Origin: Eledone cirrhosa
Lineage: Eukaryota
Assembly: GCA_964016885.1 (NCBI GenBank)
Contig: OZ024743.1
Location: 328,786,001 to 328,850,000 of the forward strand
Direction of reading: 5' to 3'
DNA: 64,000 bases
In this document: piece after piece, positions 55,286-64,000 of the stretch
Layout of the letters: each line of letters begins with the position of its first letter
Numbering within the stretch: position 1 is the first letter of the stretch
Translations under genes and position numbers: made by a program
The notes under the pieces: generated by a model
What the model was told of the DNA's origin: nothing
Database searches by the model: none
What the model saw: the letters and a program-made list of their open reading frames with translations, nothing else

Positions 55286-55611
55286 CTATTAATCTATCTA
55301 TCTATTTATCTCTCTCTCTCTCTATCTCTATATGCTTGTCTCTTACAGTCTATCTTCCCCCACTTTCTCTCTGCCTCCCCTCCCCCTTTCTTTCGATTAA
55401 TTCCTTCATTTCATTTCTTTTCTCGTCCACACCCCCTTTCGTTATTCCACCCACCCCTCCTACTTCACCCTTTCTTCAGTTGTTCCTTCCTTCCTACACT
55501 TATTCCCACTCATTCACTGTTATTCTCGTTCGTTCGGGACTTTTTAACAATCAGATCCTTTATCTTCCTTTCTCCATCTCGTCATTGCCATTTAATAAAT
55601 CAGGCAGCAGA

Positions 55612-55759
55612 TAACAACAACAACAACAACAACAACAGCAACAGCAGCAGCAACAACAACAACAACAACAGCAACAGCAACAGCAACAACAGCAACAACA
55701 ACAATACCAGCAGGAACAACAGCAACAACAACAACAACAACAACAACAAAAACAACAGC

Positions 55760-55798
<39 letters not shown>

Positions 55799-55942
55799 AA
55801 CAACAACAACAACAGCAGCAGCAGCAGCAGCAGCAACAAGAACAGCAAGAACAGCAACAGCAGCAACAACAATATCACCATCATTATCAACAACAACAAC
55901 AACAACAACAGCAGCAGCACAGCAGCAACATCAACAACAACA

Positions 55943-55973
<31 letters not shown>

Positions 55974-57780
55974 CACCCCCACGGCATCTTCAACGACAAC
56001 GACAAAAACACCAACACCACCAACACCACCACCAACACCACCAACACCACCACCAACACCACCAACACCACCACCAACACCACCACCAACACCACCACCA
56101 ACACCACCAACACCACCACCAACACCACCACCAACAACACCACCACCAACACCACCAACAACACCACCAACACCACCACCAACACCACCACCAACACCAC
56201 CACCAACACCACCAACACCACCACCAACACCACCACCAACACCACCACCAACACCACCACCAACACCACCAACACCACCACCAACACCACCAACACCACC
56301 ACCAACACCACCAACACCACCACCAACACCACCACCAACACCACCAACACCACCACCAACACCACCAACACCACCAACACCACCACCAACACCACCAACA
56401 CCACCACCAACACCACCACCACCACCACCACCACCACCACCACCACCACCAACACCACCAACACCACCACCAACACCACCACCAACACCACCAACACCAC
56501 CAATACCACCACCACCACCAACACCACCAACACCACCACCAACATCACCACCAACACCACCAACACCACCACCAACACCACCAACACCACCAACACCACC
56601 ACCAACAACAACACCACCAACACCACCACCAACACCACCAACAACACCACCAACACCACCAACACCACCACCAACACCACCAACACCACCAACACCACCA
56701 CCAACACCACCAACACCACCACCAACACCACCACCACCACCACCAACACCACCACCAACACCACCAACACCACAACCAACACCACCACCAACACCACCAA
56801 CACCACTAATACCACCACCACCACCAACACCACCAACACCACCACCAACATCACCACCAACACCACCAACACCACCACCAACATCACCACCAACACCACC
56901 AACACCACCACCAACACCACCAACACCACCAACACCACCACCAACAACAACACCACCAATACCACCACCACCAACATCACCACCAACACCACCAACATCA
57001 CCACCAACACCACCAACATCACCACCAACACCACCAACACCACCACCACCACCACCAACACCACCAACACCACCACCAACATCACCACCAACACCACCAA
57101 CACCACCACCAACACCACCAACACCACCACCAACAACAACAACACCACCAATACCACCACCACCAACATCACCACCAACACCACCAACATCACCACCAAC
57201 ACCACCAACATCACCACCAACACCACCAACACCACCACCACCACCACCAACACCACCAACACCACCACCAACATCACCACCAACACCACCAACACCACCA
57301 CCAACACCACCAACACCACCACCAACAACAACAACACCACCACCACCACCACCAACACCACCAACACCACCACCAACATCACCACCAACACCACCAACAC
57401 CACCACCAACACCACCAACACCACCACCAACAACAACACCAGTATCAACAACAATATCACTCCCACACACAATCACCACCACCACCATCAGCACCACCAC
57501 CATCATCAACAACAACACTAGTCCTCCACCCCCGCAAACAACAACAATAACCACAACAACAAAAGTAGACCCCTCCCCCACCCCCACAACAACAGTAGAG
57601 CACACCACCACCACCACCACCATCAACAACACCCCCACAACAACAACAGTAGTCCCCCCCACTCCACCGCATCCCCACAACAGAACCCACCCCCGCATCC
57701 CCACAACAACAGTACCCCCACCCTCACTCCACTACCACAACAACAACAACAACAACACCACCAATATTACCACATCCACC
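55612..57780. repeat. (AAC/AGC)n then (CAC/CAA)n cryptic repeat array
   Basis: Directly visible. Confidence 0.93.
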
Positions 57781-58194
57781 ATATTTGACGTGTGCAAATG
57801 TGCATAAAATGCAACAGAGTATCGATCGTAGCTGCAGATTTGTCATCATATTTCTATAGATGGTGGTGGGTGGTGGTGGTGGTGGTGAGGGTGGTGGTGG
57901 TGGTGGTGTGTTAGTCTTTATGATGGTGGGGGAGATAGTCTTTAGTTAGCCATGTAGTTTAGATGGAGAGGGGGAGATGGTCTTTAGTTAGTCATGTAGT
58001 CTTGATAGTGGTGGTGGTTGTGGTTGTCGTGGTGGGAGTGATTTAGTCATGTAATCTTGATGACAGCGACGGCGACCTGTGCCAAGTGGAAGCAGCTGGA
58101 CCATCCCCGGGATTTCTTTATCTTCCTTTCGGATTTCATGCGAGAAAATTCTTAGCGTTTCACATCTGACTGGTAAAATGACAAGTCAGTCAAT

Positions 58195-58336
58195 CATATT
58201 GGTGGCCTCCCCACAGCCCCCTGGCGGACAGAATGGAGAAGGCGTTTCTCCGGAGGACGGCAAGGGAGACGCGCTGGAAAAGCCATTCCAGCTCGCGAGG
58301 CTCAGACCTGCGGCTGGCTAGCTCAGCGCCTATGGT
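58195..58336 (-). mobile_element. CRE-clade 3' end fragment
   Basis: Reverse complement gives [34 protein letters not shown]; homologous to 52060-52190. Confidence 0.75.
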
Positions 58337-58669
58337 GATGAGTACGACACGTGACATAACTTTAGTGAAGGTCTTCCTTTCGTATAACTAATTATACGAT
58401 AGATTTATATTTGTATATATACAATACAGAGTTAACCGAGACTACATTAATGTCTATATAAATAAATACATTGAGTATAGCTGGTTCCAAGAATACGATC
58501 GCGAATACAAGTGACCGAAATGGGGTGCCTCTGAAGGGTCTTTGGAGTAACGTTACTTAATAGAGTGCGTAGCTCGGAGATCAGATCAGAGTGTCACTCC
58601 AGGTAGAGTCGATAGTTCTCCGAATTGAGTAGTATCGATACTATGGGTATGTGGTTAGAATTTCTCAGG

Positions 58670-58885
58670 AAAGAATCGCTGGACAGATTTTATGGACAGA
58701 ACCAACAGGCAAGAGACCCAGAGGTAGACCCTGAGCAAGATGGTTGGATAACATGATCGCGCTTGGGATATCAGCCGGATCAGCCGGAGACGATTGCTTC
58801 TGACACGACTCGCTGGAAGGAATGTTTGAGGACTCTGCTTCCACGACCCTCTCAGGAATAAGTGGTCGAAGAAGGAGACCAAGAA
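58670..58885 (+). mobile_element. RTE-clade LINE 3' fragment
   Basis: GQILWTEPTGKRPRGRP*ARWLDNM. Confidence 0.75.
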
Positions 58886-59489
58886 GAATTATAGTTGTCG
58901 AATTGGCGAATTCTTTAGAACATCCGATCGAACGCTTCTTTGTATTGGCGTCTCTCTCTCCTTTGCGTTCAAATTCCGCCGAGGTCAACTTTACTTTCCA
59001 TTATATCGAGGGAGGAGGGGGGAGAATTCTTCCTCTACATATTTTTCTCGCTCCTCTCGGCACCCCTTCTCTCTCTCTCACTGGAAGAGGGATGGGCTCC
59101 TCTAGGTTTAAAATGTCCAAGACATGCTGTATGTCTGCCTGTCACCAAGACATCCCTACGACTCCATCAGAAGTCAAGCGGCTAGCGACATGGACATTGT
59201 ATAAACATATTAAAGTTACACATTTCGCTGTAAATTGAAAAAAATAATATCATTAATTGATTTTCGACTATTAATGAGGATTCATTAGGGAATATGTACA
59301 TTAAACAATCACAGAGAAATTAATATATTTCAGATACTTTATGCCTAACTAATTATATATACAAGTGTATATATATATATATATATTGCAATGTGCATAA
59401 CTATGTAATTATACACACACGCACATGTGTGTATATATATATATTGATATGTGCATAACTACGTAATTATACACACGCGTACATAAATG

Positions 59490-59532
<43 letters not shown>

Positions 59533-59580
59533 ATATGCATAACTACGTAATTATACACACATGCACGTATATGTACAGCA

Positions 59581-59614
<34 letters not shown>

Positions 59615-60341
59615 TGCTGTGCTTGGGGATGATTATGTTGCCAATTTTGCCGATAAAATATAGGCAGATGTGTGAAACATTTGAAGACAGGTGATAATTT
59701 GTCAAGTAAGTTGTTGAAGAGAGGCGGTAACTGAGTCAGTTGTCGTTGGGGGAGATATCTTGCAGGTGATTAGTTCCAGCTCTGCGTTCTGAGTTCAAAT
59801 CCAACTGAAGCCAACCTTGCCTTTCATTCTTTCAGAACTAAAGTACCTGGTAGATTAGCAGAATTGTTAGAGTGTCTGATGGGATGTCTTTGGTATTTGT
59901 TTCAGCTCATCCTTTTTGCTCTGAGTTCAAATCCCACTGCAACTTACTTGTGTGGTAGATATAACCAGTTACCAGGCGTACCACAACCACCACAATCAGA
60001 ACCCCCACCCCACCACCACCACTTGTCCCTTAGGTAACTTTAGCAGGTCTACTCTATTGCAAGCATTCGAGTCAGAAGAAACCTGTCCCACTCCCCCCAA
60101 TCTTAGTTCCCTGAAAAAGCTCAAGAGCATTGTCCCTTCGTCTGTGACTAAACCAGACATGGAAAACCCTTTTCGAGCAGTGGGCAGCATAGGTTGTGGC
60201 TGATTATATGGCGGGAAACACTACTTAAACATCCAAGGCAGTTTTGAAATTAGGCGAGACATTCAGAAAGCCAAACGGACCGCATGAGACTCGTGGACTT
60301 CTCTCGAAGTTAGAAGGAATACACACTCACATATACACACA

Positions 60342-60392
<51 letters not shown>

Positions 60393-60474
60393 GTTCTTGC
60401 CTGATGACCTGTGAAAAACATGTGTAACAAAACTCAGTATTTACCGTTAATGAATGTACACACACACACCACAC

Positions 60475-60524
<50 letters not shown>

Positions 60525-60723
60525 CGTTCATTTTATTAAGGGTAAATACGGTATATATATATATATATACGCAGACACATGTGTCTTGTGTGGGAGTTTT
60601 TACCTGCAGATGGCGAATGAGAGAAAGAAGGTGAGAAGGTGGTAGAGGGAGAGAGAGAGTGGGGTGTGTAAATTTGACATACGGTGGTTCTGGTAGTAGT
60701 TATATAGGTGGTGGAAGTGGAGG

Positions 60724-60758
<35 letters not shown>

Positions 60759-62247
60759 TTCAGGTGAGATATTAACTGTGTCACCTGGGCAGCCGTTTTA
60801 CCTTATTTTCTATATAGTGATATAACCTACCTGTGGTGTTGGCGATGATGGTGTTTTTTGTGGAGGTGATAGAAGGGAGGGCAGGGTGCATTGATTGGGA
60901 CTAGTAGTAATAGTGGGGATAGGGTGGTTGTGGGGGGAATAAGAGGCAGAGTAGGGGTGGTGATTTGGGGCAATAGTGGTGGTGGTGGTTGTAGTAGTAG
61001 TAGTAGCAATAGTCGTAGTAACAGTAGTAGCAGCAGTGGTAGCAGTAGTAGTAGTAGTGATAATAATAATAGTGGTATTAGTAGCAGTAGTAATGGTAGT
61101 AGCAGCAGCAGCAGTAGTAGTAGTAGTAGTAGTGGTAGTGGTAGTGGTAGTGGTAGTGATGGTGGTAGTAGTAGCAGCAGTGGTAGTGGTAGCAGTAGTA
61201 ACTGTAGTAGTAGTGATAGCAGTAGTAGTAATAGTGATAGCTGTAATAAAGGTTTCCCCTTTAAACATTTTGCCTTTTTCAGACGCTTTGATTCTTTGTG
61301 GACCCACAGTACCGTCGGTAGGGGTCGAAACTGCCAAAGTCCATCTCAACGGCTGAATACCCTGGAGTTCTGTCTTTCGTTTGTCCTTTTATTAAAAGAA
61401 AATGTAAGGTTTTGCTTTTGGTCTGCCTTGTTTTCTGAGGTCTTCTCTTTGCCAATTATCCTAATTTTAAAATTATTAATCTGTGACGAACGTGTTCATT
61501 CTTCTCCCACCAATAACTTCAATGGATTACATTTTTTAACACATCTTACTTTCTTCCTTTCCCTCCTATCTTTTTCCAGTCTCGCGAGAGTATCGTCGTT
61601 ATAAAAAGTACCTTCTCCTGTCATCACATAAAATTCCATGTGTACCTGTTATGGCTTAATTGTTGTAAGTCATTGTTTTGTCTTGTCTTTTACTTCATGG
61701 ACAGCACTTTGGCTTGTTTGTCAGACGCTGTGACCCTGGGTGGACCAGCAATGCCTTTGGTAGGGGTGGAAACTGCCAAAGCCCATCTGAATGGCTTGGA
61801 GTTCTGTGTCTTTCGCTGGCCTTACACGATATCTGTCTTCTTCTTGTCTTTTTCCCTTTCTTTTCTCCCCCCCCCCCCAACACCGTCTCCTAGTTGTCAC
61901 ATAAAATTCTGTCTTGTTTTCTTTTCTTTGTCTTGTTTTCTTCTCTTTGTCAACAACCCTAACTTCACTATCATTATAAATATATATATATGTACATGAT
62001 ATGTTAGTATAACCAACTACCATCGTAGTCACAGGAAAACATGACGAGATTTAGAGCTAAAAGAATATATCTAATAAACTCTTGCTGAAAACATTCTTCC
62101 TAATGATCCTTGAATCCTTGATTTTATTTTCCTGAACTTTCCCCCCTGGCCCCAGGCAGTGCCAGATTTCATTTTACATTTTAATACAATAATTTTCTTC
62201 CATATTTTGATTTGATTATCAAACATATATAATCCGTTTGTTTGTTC

Positions 62248-62332
<85 letters not shown>

Positions 62333-62404
62333 AGTTTATCCTGGGTTCAATCGGAGGTAACCACAGTAAGTAAGGTACTCAATACATAGCAGAGTATAAA
62401 TATT

Positions 62405-62517
62405 TAATATAGAAATGGCTTCTACAGGACTAGAACTGTTTCATTCGGGAGAAATCATCATGAAGCTTCCTTATGATTTCCCCCGAATAAAACAGTTCTA
62501 GTCTTGTAGATGCCATT

Positions 62518-62526
<9 letters not shown>
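62405..62526. repeat. Inverted repeat made of two decayed hammerhead motifs (same family as 28027-28083)
   Basis: ~60-bp arms around GAAGCTTC; each arm carries TGATTTC..CCGAAT(G/A)AAACAGTTCTAGTC(C/T)TGTAGA. Confidence 0.8.
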
Positions 62527-62599
<73 letters not shown>

Positions 62600-62649
62600 G
62601 TATATTTATATATATATATATATATTTATATACATATATATATATATAC

Positions 62650-62865
62650 AATACAAGGGCGAATGGTTACAGCTTCATTACGTTTATTGGTTGGTGACGC
62701 GTGTTTCGCTACTGATCAGCTCAAGGTTCGATCTGTATCGATTTGGCCCGACTCTGGCATCAAAAGCTCGTCGGACCTCTGTAGTAGCCGTCGAACTGAT
62801 CAACAGCGAAACGCGCGTCACCAATCAATAAATGTAATGAAGGAGTAACCACTCGTCCTGGTATT
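62650..62865. mobile_element. Fold-back element with ~75-bp imperfect inverted arms (MITE or inverted Penelope-like terminal repeats)
   Basis: Left arm TACAAGGGCGAATGGTTAC..CGCGTGTTTCGCTACTGATCAG complements right arm CTGATCAACAGCGAAACGCGCGTC..GTAACCACTCGTCCTGGTA. Confidence 0.75.
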
Positions 62866-62871
62866 ATTATA

Positions 62872-63058
62872 TGGATTGGCAGTATCGGTAGAGGGTTGGA
62901 TACCATGCTTTGTAGCATAGAGTTACGACCCTTTACAGTCTGAGTTCAAATCCCGTCGGGGTTAACTTTGCCTTTCATCCTTACAGGGTCGATAAAATAA
63001 AGTACCAGTAATGCACTGGGATAATTGCTGGTCTTGTGCCAAAAGTAGAAACAATTAT
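62872..63058 (+). mobile_element. SINE family A copy
   Basis: Same conserved head and body as the other copies. Confidence 0.87.
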
Positions 63059-63158
63059 AATATTACACTCTGTCTAGCTCTACACCTCTATACTGACGTG
63101 AACCTAAACATCGAGTGGTCACCTCTGTGAACCCACAGTTACTCCACGTTACTCTCCT

Positions 63159-63217
<59 letters not shown>

Positions 63218-63291
63218 AAAAGGTAAACAGAAATAACAACACAATCGGTACAGTATATGGAAAGTTAACGCTTGAAATAGAAGGAAGAGGG

Positions 63292-63328
63292 TCTTAACGT
63301 TTCGGACACTAGGTCCTTCATCAGAAGA
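63292..63328 (-). ncRNA. Minimal type I hammerhead ribozyme (Penelope-associated type)
   Basis: Minus strand: UCUU-CUGAUGA-A-GGAC-CUAGU-GUCC-GAAAC-GUU^AAGA; intact core, 4-bp stem II, palindromic AACGUU stem III, 4-bp stem I. Confidence 0.75.
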
Positions 63329-63928
63329 AAGAATCAGAAATAAGATAGATTGAAGGGACGGGCGGGTTGGAATTAGAAAAAAATGTCTTTAGATAAAAAT
63401 AACAGGTCCATTCATGTTGACATCTAGAAAACTATATTATTTTCCTTTGTTAACACTTTGAATTTGCCCGCCAAAAACCGGGGGTTACTTCCCTTGTTGG
63501 AAATAACACGTGACAACGAAAGACTGAAGACTGTCTATTGCAGCAGTCGTCATTGAGTTTCACACCGGCTTGAGGCATAGAACGAAATACCTGTCGATGA
63601 CGTGAATCCTCTGTTGGATCATAGAATACCACAAGCTTACGTGTTACGTAAGTTGGATTGATGGTTTCGGATTCATAGAAACATATCGGACGTATTGAAA
63701 AATATCGTTCGATTTGTCCAGGTCTGTTGTCTAACTTGATTAGTTTTTTCGTTGTTTTGGTATTGTATGGCTGGGTTTTGCCTGCCGTAATTTTCAATTT
63801 GTCAAGCTATCTAAACGTATGTTATTACTCTGAGGGCCTACCTTATTGAGTGCTTTGCTATTCATTCCTAATTGTAGGTCGATTTTGCTTGGCCGCAGCC
63901 AAAGCTTCGATTTTACTAAGCTTCCACT

Positions 63929-64000
<72 letters not shown>

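Noticed and set aside
55205-57704. His/Gln-rich or GGVGG elastin/beak-protein-like ORFs
   Set aside because: Several frames on both strands are open in CAC/CAA repeats; no signal peptide or codon diversity
60395-60445. CTGATGA-containing hammerhead-like stretch
   Set aside because: GAAA is replaced by GTAA and there is no stem I complement
61320-61365. Type II hammerhead (GAAAC..GUC..CUGAAUA)
   Set aside because: G8 is missing, stem I does not pair, and the motif is absent from the duplicate at 61760-61800

Overview
Eukaryotic, repeat-saturated, gene-poor DNA. The SINE families and extreme microsatellite load resemble an octopod cephalopod genome (recognised from memory, not verified). Almost all ORFs in the supplied track are microsatellite translation artefacts. 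The recognisable protein-coding sequence is all retrotransposon-derived: a near full-length but frameshifted Tx1/L1-clade LINE (20.1-25.6 kb, -) plus two 3' fragments, an R4/Dong-like RLE LINE (40.5-42.6 kb, -) plus two 3' fragments, CRE-clade fragments and RTE 3' ends. Also present are three copies of a bipartite non-autonomous RTE-derived element, many tRNA-headed SINEs, a non-autonomous Helitron, a MITE and several minisatellites. The most notable observations are (1) a set of hammerhead-ribozyme motifs of the Penelope-associated type, two near-intact (28.0 and 63.3 kb) and several decayed or in fold-back pairs, clustered at 62.3-63.3 kb, and (2) a recurrent tail-to-tail junction of the R4-like LINE and the RTE-type element on shared (TACA)n tracts. 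No host gene can be called with confidence; a few weak minus-strand exon candidates are listed.
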